Part shown: positions 11,408-24,195 of the stretch, piece by piece
Numbering within the stretch: position 1 is the stretch's first letter
Layout of the letters: each line of letters starts with the position of its first letter
Assembly: GCA_002104905.1 (NCBI GenBank)
Contig: MCFE01000502.1
Coordinates: 1 to 64,000, forward strand
Origin: Basidiobolus meristosporus CBS 931.73
Taxonomy: Eukaryota; Fungi; Basidiobolomycota
Length of the DNA stretch: 64,000 nucleotides
Direction of reading: 5' to 3'
Translations under genes and position numbers: made by a program
The notes under the pieces: model-generated
The model's database searches: none
Seen by the model: only the letters and a program-made list of their open reading frames with translations
What the model was told of the DNA's origin: nothing

Positions 11408-12893
11408 CTACTCTGAAGTGATTACCACTTCTCTGGCTTGAGCGAAAAACAGACGTAGCTCTACCGGTGCGATGTTTTCGATTTGATATTGATTGCCTGT
11501 TGTGCACGTACACTGTTAGATGTGCAATATAAGAAATCTTATTGTGGCGAGCCAAGCATACCTCGGGGAATCAAAAACTGACCACCAGTAGATATGTCAA
11601 AAGTGGTATTGTGAATGGTCACACGACAAGCCCCGCTAATTACATAAAAGACCTAGAAATTCCCATTAGAAAGGAGTAGCAATTACCTTTGATAATAATA
11701 TCACTAACCATCGAGTTGTCGCCTGAATTCCTATTGGGCTTTGATCCTCCTTCGTATATCTCAATGACACCAGACGACATAAACTCGCCTTCTGAAAAGA
11801 ATTTTTGGAACCCATATGTCTGGTTCTTGGCTTGAGTTGGGTTGATTTCTTTTTGCGTCACAGCAAGCAGCTTTTCTGTCTCACTGTTGGAACCCCACTC
11901 TAGCACTTTGATGGGCAACACTGGTTCATCCTGAGCAACATCTTTGGCCTTCTTGGGCTGCGTTGTTGCTTTCTTTGTAACGCGCCGTTTTGGTAAACGC
12001 GATACAGGGTTGAAGGATGGATTTTCCTGAGCTTTCACTACCTCTCGGATTACCGGAACAACATTAGTGCCTGCAGAGCTTAGTTAGCACTGTTGCAGCA
12101 AAGGAGTGGATATGAACGGATGGGGTACCTTCTTTTTCAAGCTCATACACAACGCGCTCATTTTTCCAGAACTCTACTGGCTTAACACGAGTACGATGGC
12201 TACGGCGCACATTAGAATCGTCATCACTCTCCCTGGCGTACCTTGCTTTCCTCTCGACATGGGAAGTGGGTGGTTTGGTGACTTTTGAAGAGAGGTACAG
12301 CCATCAGTATCCGAATATTGATAACAAAAGGAAGAGTACTAACCTTTCCGGGCTTTTACGCGTGGCTTTGCTTTCTCCACCTTAGGCTCCTCGTATTCCG
12401 GATACGCAGGCTCCGTTTCTTCATATTCAGGGAGCTCGTCAGTAACACCAGGAAATTCTGGCGACAGATCAGGAGATTTGAAGGTCCTGGAAGCGCTCTT
12501 TGGGCGGTTGGGGGACTTCTTTGTAACTCTAGATCCGGAAGCGTTGGAAAAGACAAATGAATCCTCATATTCTGTAGCGTGATTGTCCTGGGGAATAGGA
12601 CTGTCGGGTGTAACACGCGAATCTCCGTTCGCGAACTCCTCTTCTTCACTCTCATTCTCAGAAGCCGAGCTCTGAAAGAAATCATCCACGTTGTCGAAAC
12701 CATCCTCGTCTTGGTGTATGTGGGATTTGATAGTGACCCCAGTTTTTCTGGAGTTTTACAAGATATAAGGATGAGTGAAACGGTGGAATGGGGGAATAGG
12801 CGAGTATTATGGCAATTACCTTCCCGTGATCCCTATATTGGTGTACCGATTGGTACGGACCGCCTTTTTTTCTCTGACTCGTCCACCTTCCAT
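11408..12893 (-). CDS. MIF2: Kinetochore protein Mif2/CENP-C (multi-exon)
   Basis: N-terminal Mif2_N-like NRYTNIGITGR|KTG...DEDGFDNVDDFF; CENP-C motif VRRSHRTRVKPVEFWKNERVVYE (about 12230-12140); C-terminal cupin FQKFFSEGEFMSSG...KPNRNSG...VFYVISG...GQFLIPRGNQYQIEN. Confidence 0.92.
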
Positions 12894-13678
12894 ACTGGCA
12901 ATAGAACTGCCTCATACTAGGTGAGTGCTGGCGCAGTGCAAACAAAAGCAGACATTAAAGACGTACCTCTGATATAAACAAATTGGGATACCGAAGAATA
13001 TAAAGGTCGACTTGAAAGGAGAGAATAGCTTAAATTTTGAGAATATCCTATTCCATATAGCGCGTAATTGAAGAAATTTGTCAACAAACCGATTGTTTTT
13101 AGTTTAATAGTAGTAGACCAATGGCTGCAGACACGAGCGCGACAGGATTAATTCCAAGTTAAATCAGCTAATATCGTGTTGCTATTGGAGTCTGGTTAAT
13201 TACATTTGGTGGACACTCACTACAGTGAAGTTTAACGTGGATTCATTATGGTTAATAGGGGATTCAGAGAAGACACTCCACGGAACCATGGCGATGGAAG
13301 CCGATTTCGGACAAGCAGTACTAGACGGGTCGAAAGGCAACATTGAATAAGACACCATGATGATGCAAATAATGCTTGGAAGATCGATACATTCTAGAAT
13401 CTCTGAGTAGTTTTTTTGGGAATTTTGTAAAATCTCCCAAGTCAGTCACAGCAAGGAATCCTATTTTGAGTGTTGGGAATTTTCATGAGGCTTATCATGT
13501 CTATTGTCTTATTTATTGAGCTCGGAATTTGACATACCAAATGTATATAAAGTCCTTGGGCTATGCCACCGCCCAATACTCTAGAAGCAAACGCTAGGCT
13601 GGTGCCGACTATACGTGCGAGTATATATACCAGGTAAATAGAGGCAGGAGAATATCTACAAAAGCTCAACACCGGTTA

Positions 13679-14065
13679 CTACAGGTGTCCTCCACAATAA
13701 GGGCAGAATTGAAACCCTTCATTTTCAACAACAAGGTCGCAATTTCGACAACGGGTGCCATGGTTCTCATGAAAAATGGGTACGTGCAAGGTCGGATCAC
13801 TACTCAAGTCACGGTGTGACCAGCCGCAGCGCCCGCATAGGTACATAGGTTCTCCTCGAGATATTGAGAACAACGGTACGAAGAATAAAGATAGTTTATG
13901 GTCCAGTCGTGCTATGTTAACGGTATCTTGCGATAAACAAGCTGGGCAAGGCTTAGATACCGTCTTCACTAGCTGTCGTCTCAAAGATATGTCCCCTAAG
14001 AAAGAAGCTTAGTTACTACGGAAAGCCAGGCAACCTCTGTAGACCATACCGATGAAGAAAAACAT
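13679..14065 (-). CDS. Small double zinc-ribbon protein (zinc_ribbon_15-like N-terminal part plus C-terminal CxxC...CPYCG), 2 exons
   Basis: MFFFIG|DISLRR...CPAC...LFFVPLF...CGRCGW...CRNC...FQFCPYCGGHL; four CxxC pairs; intron GTATGG...CTTAG. Confidence 0.8.
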
Positions 14066-14303
14066 GATTGATTAGAAGCTCAGGAAGCCAACGCAAGTTT
14101 CTAATATGTTGGCACGACACCTCCGGTTTTTACAGAAAACCTCGGTACTATGATTGACCGGCAACGCAATCTCACTTCATTCCTAATTAGTGAAGTTTCG
14201 AATAAATGATGAAACATTCATGAGTCACCCTCAACTGTAGTATTTAGGGGGATTGGTGGGCAAACCGAAAATACGATTTCCCTCGCTTCTTCCATTATCC
14301 AAA

Positions 14304-14984
14304 ATGTCGTTTTCTTCCAGTACCACAAATAGCACTGAAGTCTCTTACAAGACACCAATAGACCCCTTATCTGAGGATCATGGAGATACGATAAGAAGAA
14401 CCGAAGAGGCTATAAAGAACTCCAAATCCATACCCAGCTCCGTAGAATCCAAGCAAGCGGAGCAAGAGTCCATACCAGACAGGAAGCTTCCCTCTTATAT
14501 GTTCAATCAACACATGGGTAGAAAAGGGAAATAATGGGAAAGAGCAACCCCTACCAGATATTAGCCAACTTATCATAATAAAAAAGTCAAGTCGGAAGCT
14601 GACATTCAATGTATTTGGATATAGAAGGCCAACCTTCGCATTTATTGCAAATAGGAGTTCTCTAGAAACTTCCCCCAAATTGACAGTGTCAAGTAAAATT
14701 TACCCTAGAAATACCGAATATGTATAGATCAACCATCTTTAACGCGAAAACTGGATCCATCCAAGAGCTACGTTGCGCTGCTAAACGAGTTGCTTTAGCG
14801 GCGAGATCGTCAAAAGCATTACGTGCTTCGTGCTGTAATATAATTTTCGTATGGATCTCGGTTAAAGGTTTAATTCCCCAAGAATTCTTGGATTGAAGGT
14901 TGTGGGCCCTTTGGAACAGTGTAGATGCCAACAACGACTGATATCACCTTCGAAAAGTCACCAGCTGCGGATACACTTCATTAA
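14304..14984 (+). CDS. Hypothetical protein, exon structure unresolved
   Basis: AAAATG start and a charged, Ser-rich first exon (14304-14517) ending at a GT donor; downstream exons are only tentatively assigned. It sits between a divergent and a convergent gene. Confidence 0.35.
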
Positions 14985-15101
14985 ATGGCACTGTATGTTG
15001 ATTTTTTATTCTCGAAAAGCTATGTATGTCGGATGAAAATGCAATATTGATAGAAGTAGAAATGAGTTGCTTGAGAGATTCAGCCAGGGAAGTCATACGC
15101 A

Positions 15102-15629
15102 TCAGACATCCTGAGGTGGGAAATTGGCTGGTGGTGCACTAAATGAGGAGTGGGATGAATCAGTATACTTCCTTCCAAAACTCTTCATAAAACTTACTCT
15201 CTCTCGGTCCAAACATCTAGCGAGCTCTTTTGACCCACCTTAAGAGCATCCTTTTCGGCCTTACGCTCGGAAAGCATTTTCTGCGGAATAAGTTAGGGAC
15301 TAGGATGCATGGAGCAAGTGGGGCGATCAATACCTTGGCTACTTCCTCAGACTTTGTCTTGACTTTAAAGCACAACTTCAAGTCTTTCCACTGCTCACTA
15401 CAGTCCTTCTTGGTTCCATATCTATAGTAGTGTAAGGCCTGATGTCCTAGAGCTTTCGTGTAATTAACAAGGCACCTGGTGGTTAGAACGGTCTGAAAAC
15501 AACAGAAATAGAATATTGCAACTAATTACTGTAGCAGTAGTAGAGCTTATCCCAACATTCCCCTACTTTACAATCCAATACCTCCTCCTCGGTCGACTTT
15601 TTGGTGATGTCAATGTTTTCTGCACTCAT
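15102..15629 (-). CDS. EMI1: Emi1/DUF3128-family small Cys protein (4 exons)
   Basis: Spliced product ...DCKVGECWDKLYYCY|TLGHQALHYYRYGTKKDCSEQWKDLKLCF...SSLDVWTER matches the C-x4-D-x4-CY...Q...YYRYG...C...W...C pattern I associate with Emi1. Confidence 0.8.
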
Positions 15630-16074
15630 GCTCCTTTGCTAAACTAAAAGACAGACCGAAATAGCTATCGCTGTAACAGTCAAAAAGTCAAAGCTTTTAC
15701 TCAGAATTATCAGCGGCCAAATATAGCCGAGTGGATCACAAAATTTCCGTCTGAATCCTGCTTAACCACCAGGCAAATTAGTTATGGTTGCTTAATTTAA
15801 TCACCAAAGATGCGCAATGTAACTTACATACTATGGGCCGGATTTTGGCAGGTATCGCTAGAAACAGGGGCCTTCTGGAATGGATACATTACCTGTCGGT
15901 TTGTTATTAGGTGCTGGTCATGATGGTATATGCATCCTTCGCGAAACTTCTAGGTCCTGGTAAATATGGTGGAACTAGGACTAATGATTCCGAAACCAAT
16001 GATTCCCCGTAAATATCTTGTTCAAGAAAAATTAATTTATTAATGTATTTAGATTATTCAAGCACCTGGCTAAT

Positions 16075-16678
16075 TCACATAAGCAAGAATGAAGTGACAA
16101 CACCGACGAAACCTACAACGCCGGCACCTGCTCTGAATGCGCCATTCTTCTTTTCGTTAGTATCGGAGCCACTTGAGCCGTTGGAGGAAGAAGCACCAGC
16201 GCTTGGGGCGGAAGTGGGCTTAGGGGTGGTTGGTGCGTTGGTGTAGTTGGTCATGGCAGGGAGAGAAGGGTTGTCAATGGTGAAGTAATGGCTGTACTTA
16301 GCATTTTCACCCTCGCCAAAACGAATAACATATTGGGATCCAGGTCTGGTAGTTCCGGGAATGAACCAATTGTAGGAAGGAGGGTTGGAGGGGACGCTAG
16401 CACTAATGGCAGCGACTTGCTCAAGACGATTCTGAGGGCCATACATAAGAGAAATGCTGAAGGAAGCTGGGGCTGGGTTACTACCGGTATCAGTCCTTTG
16501 CAAAGGTTATCAGCAAAATTATCGAAAGTAGATGTAGCAAGTAGTATACTAACCAGGTAATAGCGTTTTGAGTGCCTGCACGCCAGATCTCATCCACAGG
16601 ATGAGTTACACTAAGGTCAGCATTGGCAAGGTTGAAAGCCAGAGCAGCGCCAAGGAAGATTTGAACAAAGCGGTTCAT
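16075..16678 (-). CDS. Secreted/GPI-anchored Ser/Thr-rich cell-surface protein (Kre9/Knh1-like N-terminal Ig-like domain), 2 exons
   Basis: Signal peptide MNRFVQIFLGAALAFNLANA; VTHP...W..G...ITW; YVIRFG...KYSHYFTI; S/T/P-rich stalk; hydrophobic C-terminal GPI-type tail. Confidence 0.85.
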
Positions 16679-18293
16679 ACTAAATGATGATTACAAGTGA
16701 TATCCATCAGGAAATACCACCAATATATACAACTTTCAACCCCAATAACTATTCTTTTCTCCATAGCACTTTCACATTCAATCTTCTAGGTTCCACAAAC
16801 GCATGAAGCCACTATTGAAAGCATCGATCATCTTATCATAACTCTTTACTGGAACCGCATGAAGGCGAGAATATTGCCAATTGCCCAATTGACTTTTTTG
16901 CTTTTCCAAACTCAAATGAGCAACCTTTGTGCTACGTACGACAAAACTCTCGGGAGCTGTTTGGTTGGAATGGCAGACATAATATAACTATGTAACACGG
17001 ATGGGATCTTTGTAGATTGGCCGAATTCATTGGTCAGATTCAGGAGATAGAATATACAAGATGGATATCGAATTTCCAGAATTACAATCAACACTAAGAA
17101 GATGCACATCATATCCAGGTTCTGGAAAGCATCATCTTTTTTATCCAACATGTTAGGCGGATGTCCCATATTTTCCAATTTAACCCATGGCGGCGAGGAC
17201 GGTTCGGTGTCCGATTCTGGAAATAAAGCTGGGCAATGTGATGCATATGGCCCTAAGCAAAACACCAGGAACGTTCTCGTTGGCATCATTTGTTACTGAT
17301 TGAGGGTGGATCGGCGAAAAGATTTGTTGTAAACAAAGCATAGTTCAGGTTGAGTTTTACACCATTTATTAAGTGCTACTGTGTTCTGTCTCTGCATTGA
17401 TAGAAACACTATAGCACATTTCTGCAAAACTATACGGCCGCCTGGTTAACAATTCAAGCCAGCTGATCACCTTGTTTAAGACTAATAAGACTTGCAAACA
17501 GGTTGCTCACTGTGTTCTCTATTCCACACCTGGCGCTGAACTGTAAATTTACAACGGAGCTGGCGTATTGAAGGCCTGATCATAGTCGAGCTACCAGAAG
17601 TGCGGCCACAAATGGGTTACACCTAATAGAAAAAAGCAACATTTGCAGCGATTTGTTTCTGGTTAACAAATACAAACATGATCACGTTGACTTTCTATGA
17701 CATGAGGCTACCGGGCTACCTCGAGCCCCTAATTTCATTGGCCCGCATCCCCAGTCCTGCTCCTGGGTTGGTCGAAATATTCCTATAGATGACCACTCTG
17801 TAACATGAGTGGATGAGTCGCAGGATTAGGCAATTTGGATCGTACTTCGAATGGGTGTGCTGGCAATACTATTGTGGGTGGGACAGTTACTCGACTGGTT
17901 TGACTATTTCTCGCACATGAAAATGAGTGAATATTCAGCCTAGTGGTAAACACAAGTTAGAATAGCTAAGAAGTATGTAGTTAATTTCGGAGATGTTCCA
18001 GTTGTAGCAAACATGTAATTGGAAATGTGTGTATCTCATCCTGATTATGTGAAACCTCTTTTAGTAGTCGGTTGTTCGGTATTCTACAGGAAGTGTCATA
18101 CAGATGGTGCAAGAATGAGAGGAGTGGGATAGCGTGGGGATTTTACATAGAGTACTTTTTAACGATTTGCCAGTTTGAGAATGTGCCATGTTTGGAAACT
18201 TCGAGTCCCGGAATTCACCTCACGAGCGCCATTTAACAACACCGGAAACGGCTCAGTTGGTAAGTTAGAGGCCTCTTCTTTCGGAGATCGAGA

Positions 18294-21200
18294 CTACAAA
18301 GAATCTACCAAATCCAGAGGTTTCGAATTACTCATACCGGATACAACACGTGTGATCTTTACGGGTTCTGTGATATGTGCTTCTTCCGTTCGCTTGGCCA
18401 GTTTCCGTACATTCTCCTCGGCTTCCCTATTTTCCGGCTTGCAGTTTTCATCCACTTGGCAAATCGTATATTGCTGTAGACTCCTGCTGGGTATTGCTTT
18501 GCTGAGGCATTTCCCATTGCTCTCAGTGTTTGGACCATGGTGAGTTCTGTTGTCAATTGGGGATGGATCCGACAACGGGATTTCTATGCTGGGAAGTATA
18601 GACTGAGATAGCGTAGATTGAATCTCGGGATCATCGTCGCTGCTAAATCGTTTGAGTAGGCCCCCCAACTGTTCTTGAAATTTAGGTGAGCACTCCTGTT
18701 CATTTTCTATTTAGGGATAATTAGTGACACATTCGAAAGCACAGCAATCGCAGGTATCTACCGTGAAATGCATTGATCAATGTTTCGGTGGCCTGGATGA
18801 CCAAAAGCCTGACATTGGCTACTTTATCACTGGAAAGCTGGCTAAAAACAGGCATCAGGACCTCGCCAAAGATGCTGATGGCAATCTGGCTAGTCTGTAA
18901 TAGCTCTCGACAGATTTGGACAAATCTATTAACCACAGAAAAGAGTTAGTATGCGTTTTCTCGCTCGTATTGCCACTATACATACATCATCCGTTTACGG
19001 AACGAGGCGGAAAGTCCAAATTGCAGAATCGTCTCGAAGATTTGCGACGACAGATCGGGGTCTTTCTTGGTTTGTCCGTAAATAATGGGTATCTTGAGAC
19101 AGAATTAGTCGTATAATTGGACTGGTATATAACATACAAACATACAGCAGATACAGCAGTTTCCCTAACGCGAAAGACGGGATCGTTCAAGCACTTGATG
19201 GCAATTGGTAGAACGTCGTTGACAATAGTGGTCGCAGAAAATAATTCGCATAGGGGAGGAATCTGTCTATTTGTGGTATTGTTAATGTGACTTCAGAGAG
19301 GATTCACTTTAGAAGACATACTGTGCAACAAGTTCACGAACTCTCCAATTTTTCGAGTCCGCTTCCCAGATATCTTCCAATACCGGTAAATACATCTCCC
19401 GTGTAGGAAGACTCAGACATCCCAAGAAGGTTGCGGCATTCTGTAGAACTCCTACTCTTACCTACATTAAAGGATTTCTTTAGTGGATGTTATGTTGTAA
19501 CTCTCGAGTACGTATCGTACTTACTTCGTCGGCATCCATCATAAAAAAGCCAAACAGAGGGGCCAGTTGTTTGTCACAGGCTTCAACATTCTCCCTCAAT
19601 AATTTGGCAATTTCGTGGAGTGAATAAGCAAGCGTCCGTCGTACACTCATCTTTAGTAGATTACTATCCATAAGCATAGATAAAAGGGTTGGTAGGCTTA
19701 CTTGCGTATCTCTACATAAATTTGAATAATCATTGGCAAACTCGGGCCATCGATGAGGGCCCAGCGCCAAGAGTACCGCTGTTCACCAGTGAAATGTCAA
19801 TCGAGGCGGTAAATCATAAATATGGTTGGAGAAAGCTGAGTACCAGGGAAGTTGAAGGCGCATCTAAGCGTTCTATCAGGGTCGCGCATAGAGCTCTTAT
19901 TCGGAAACAAAGATATGTACTTTTCGATGAGATCATCCGGGACGTCACCGCCCGCGAACGCGGCAACCATCCTCCCCAAACCATCTTCAACGCACGTTTG
20001 TACCCATCGGCTTACATCACTAATCATAGCCTTGAATATTGGCAAACATATCTCCAGCTGTGCGGACGCTGGGACAGAGGCGCATATTTCCGGTAGTACT
20101 AGTGCACAGGATTTCCTTACCTGCCATATGTCGTCGTTTGCTAAATGTTCGAATTGTAACAACTAGCTTCTCATTAATAAAATGAAGGGGGTGTTGGATG
20201 AGGCATCTGAATGGCAATACCAGGTCATCAACGGCATGCTGGCTAGAGACCACTTTAATGACAGAGTTAATTGCCACCGGAACTTCCTATAGGCGAGAAT
20301 GTTTACTTGATGGAACCAGATTCAGCAGTCCAAATAATGTGCCTACTTTGCGAACATTGAATGTAGGATCACTGGCCATTTGAACCAGTAGAGGGACGAA
20401 TATATCAACAACAGAGTCAAGATCCGAGAATTCAGCTAGCGTTGCCATCATCTGCAACGAGGCAGTTCAGTCGCATGAGTTTCAAGCCATACAAATTTCG
20501 AGCATACCTTGATCATGGTAACTTTTCCTTGATCCCTTTCCTCCGGTCGTAAACAACCCTCTCCATTTCCAAGCGGAACCACAACTCCGTGGATAATTTC
20601 TTGCTCCACGATTTTGTTGTCCAACTGCTTTACGAGAGAGACGATGCAATTTTGAGCAGCATTCGAGATGGTATTGTTCCATTCCAATATCAAGGTGCGT
20701 AGAAGATGTGAGAAAGCATTCGGCATCAATTTATCAGGTTCTTCGGAGTCATTGGCTGGGCGGGTCTAGTTAGGGAGATGGTGTACTTTAGTAAAACATG
20801 AGATTGTCAGTGGGCTTGCTATGTATAGCTCACCTTGTATAAATATAGCAAGATCCTATCAAAATTCTCGGCAAAGTTTTCGCGAACTCTATCCTCTACA
20901 AAGTTCGACTATGCGGTCACTAAAGGTTGGTATATTAACTTCAACCGGATCTAAATACATACCGTCGTCGCTTCCGAGCTCGTATAAAAGAGGTATGATG
21001 TATTCCCTTACCTTCGAGAGCTCTATCTCAGGAATCAATTCCGGAAGTTGTTTGGCTACCCAAATGCTTAATTTTTATGAGCTTAAGTCGGGGGAGGTCA
21101 AAATACCACTATTTACCGATGAGCAGTCACGTCGCTTTTCGAATATAAGAACACTTTTTCAAGAGGGGAGTATTTCGGTTCATAATCACTGGATTCTTCT

Positions 21201-21436
21201 TCAGAAACTACAAGGAGGTTTTGAGTTATTATTGTCAATTGAAGTTGCCTGAAGGTAGAACTGATTGATAGCAAAGCCAAGGTTGACTCACCCCCTGGGG
21301 ACTCAAGTGGCTCAGTAAGCATTTCGGAATCGAAAGGTTGACCCAGAATACCGTAAGTCAAATCGAGATCTAAAGCCAAGTTTTCAGATGTAGAACAAGT
21401 TCTTGAGTCGCAAATTTGCAGCCTCTCACCTGCCAT
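18294..21436 (-). CDS. PPP4R1: Ser/Thr protein phosphatase 4 regulatory subunit 1 (HEAT-repeat scaffold), multi-exon
   Basis: Starts MA|DLDL; PLEKVFLY; HEAT signatures DDIWQVRKSCA, SDVSRWVQ, CAFNFP, LGPHRW, VRRTLAYSLHEIA, DPVFRVRETA, DKVANVR. Confidence 0.85.
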
Positions 21437-23277
21437 ATCTTGCACAGGTTATTAAGGGAGGAATATTCACAACGATAGCAGGAAACGTTGTTGACTGAAG
21501 CGGAGCTCCGTACTAAAGGATGTCGTTTAGATGTATGTGCTGAGTTAGCCATTAACAAATAGATCTACTTTATTCTATCCAAAACCAATGACTAGCTAAA
21601 GTAATATTAGTCAGATTTCACAAGGAATCTAGTTGAATTACTTCATTGTATCGTCAACCGTTTGATGTGGGCTGTTATCTCACGTAACAATTAAAAGAAT
21701 GATACCTTTGGTGTATAATTGATACATATTTAGTAAACGCATGGATATTTTGAGTGGAGATTCCCATATTTCAGAAGTTGGCATCAATCGCATTGGAGCT
21801 ACTTCCCGAACTCCCGTAATTCTCGTAATTGTAGTGCAGCACTTGGTCATGTTTAGAGCATTTGACAATATGATTACCAGGTTGATTTTCCCTTCATTTA
21901 CGATTTCCCCGAAAAGAGGTGCCTTGAATTCCTTGGACTCTCCTGACAAAATCTCCGAAATATTGCTGCATATGATGCCATTTTCTTTTGTGAATTAGAG
22001 AATATAATAACCACCGCGTATAATGCACTAATCAGTGTGCCAGTACAACTGAAAGCAATACAGTAGTGCCAACAAACTACGGTCTATATGTACTTTGTTT
22101 GCAAGCTGGATAATACTCAATCAAGGTATCTGGCTACTTGTAAATAATCAGTTGGTAATATGGTATGTATTATGGAGCTTCGCTGGATAATATGACAATA
22201 TAGGCTCCAAATAGTAAAAGATACAGCAGCACATGTAATGCTCCCTTAACCCCACACTATTCTTCGAATTCCTGCAATATACCTACATCGACCTGAGTAT
22301 AAGTGGTTGCTTTTAATGACTGATATACATATCAAGTCCGCACACGACGTGCATTTCACCAGAGTAGCCATGAGGCCAGTTGAAGGGTATCTCTTCATGT
22401 ATGCTCGTGTAGGCTGGCTATAGAATCTCGAAGCGCACATTTGGTCACATATATTGGGAAACACCTTATTCCATGAATATTTTCCTGCACGTTGCACCCA
22501 ATCTAGCGTCAATCCAGGTCAAACGGTCAGTTGTATCTTCTGATTGGAGGCTGGATCCAACCAGGGATTTCCCACACCCATACTCTAGGTTCAGGTTCCA
22601 TCCTAAAACGACGATGCCATCTGGAAGTGGTGTGGGGCATGCTCATTCAACTGGATGTCGCTTCTATACTATCTCTCACTTGATGCTTAACTGGTAACTT
22701 AAGTTGGCAGGTCCGTTCAAAACCACATATCACTGGACGTGGTCATATGGTAGCCCAATAAACCTCGACAGCACTGGGCGTGGCTCAATTGCCCGTTGTT
22801 GCTTATCAAACTTGAGCATGTACCATGTACAACCTATGTACTCCAATCAATGCTTGTATTCACATGATGATTTCTGCTCTACGGCCTATATCCATTCATC
22901 CCATCTGCCGGTCCTACGCTCGCTACCTTTAACGTAGTTAGCCATTCCAAAATAGGCTACCTCTCACTGACAGCCGTCAACCAACATCGTCTTAGCTATT
23001 GTTCACGCAGTGCCCGTTTGAAAATTTATCAACATTGTAGTCACAATTTCGAGCACCGATCCTTCCTTTCGCCAGTAAACCACGATTTAACGAAATTCGC
23101 ACGTTTCGTAAAGAGAAAATTCAAGCAGTAGGGTTGCTCAAATATTGATCTTCGCATGTTTGTCTATTTAAGAATCGTATGCACCAAACGAACCATTGGG
23201 TTCAAAAGATATAAAAGACCATGCAAGCGGTGACCTATAACGCACTACAGCATCTGATCTGTTAAATACTCCCGAAA

Positions 23278-24195
23278 ATGAGACTCGCAAGTTTTTTGGC
23301 TTTCAGTACCGTTGCTTCGTTGGCGATCGTATTCGCCCAGGATTCCTGTCCCGTTGATGGTATCTCTTGCGCAGCTCCGGATGCTGATTCATGTTGCGTC
23401 CCTACCTATGGAAAGATTGTTCTTACTCAACAGGTACGCATCATCACCCATCAATCCGGAAAAGGTTCTATTAACCTTTCTTTCATATAGTGGATTCCAG
23501 GATATGGTCCAGATGATGCCTTCACCATTCATGGGCTTTGGCCAAATACTTGGTAGGGTCGAAATCATCGGCAGTGCATTTAAGAAGCAGGTGCTGATGT
23601 CTATTTTGTAGCTCTGGTGGGCAGGGTCCTTCCAATGGCTGCGATCCATCAAGAGCGTACTCCGACATTGGTGAGATTATACAAAATGCTAACAGTAGCT
23701 TGTATGACCAAATGGACACTTATTGGCCTTCATACAAAGGCAATAACCCTGAATTTTGGTGAGCTATCCACCAATACCTCTGACTACAGGGGATTATTCT
23801 CATGTCCTCTCATCTTTTATACCTCTAGGGAGCATGAATGGGAAAAGCATGGAACCTGCGTTTCAACCTTGGATCCAGACTGCTATGGCTCTGACTATCA
23901 GGAATATGAAGACATGCTAGACTACTTCCAAAGTGTATTGAATCTTCGTGCAAAATATGATTTGTATGCGGCTCTGGCCAGTGCTGGAATCACTCCCGGA
24001 GGAACATACACCCAAACGAGAATGGCCAACGCCATTAAGAGTAGATTAGGTATTACTCCATATTTCAAGTGCAAATCTGGAACGCTGAATGAGATTTGGG
24101 CGTATTTCCACGTCAAGGGTAAGGAGACATATATACCTGATAACTTCAAAGGCAGTCACTCTTGCAGCAACAGTATCAAATACCCATCGAAATAA
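23278..24195 (+). CDS. Secreted ribonuclease T2 (RNase Rh-like), 4 exons
   Basis: Signal peptide; DSCC; [12 protein letters not shown]; [15 protein letters not shown]; C-terminal LNEIWAYF and cysteines. Confidence 0.95.

Noticed and set aside
13260-13305. U6atac/U6-like blocks (AGAGAAG...CACTCC...GATGGAAG)
   Set aside because: The essential AGC triad and correct spacing are missing; likely chance. An Infernal search would settle it.
13355-13416. Possible C/D box snoRNA (ATGATGA...CTGA followed by a T run)
   Set aside because: Only about 50 nt between boxes, no terminal stem, and no recognisable rRNA guide.
16912-17289. ORF with a weak E2/UBC-like FP...PP.V...HP pattern
   Set aside because: No catalytic Cys context or HPN motif and no supporting exons; left unassigned.
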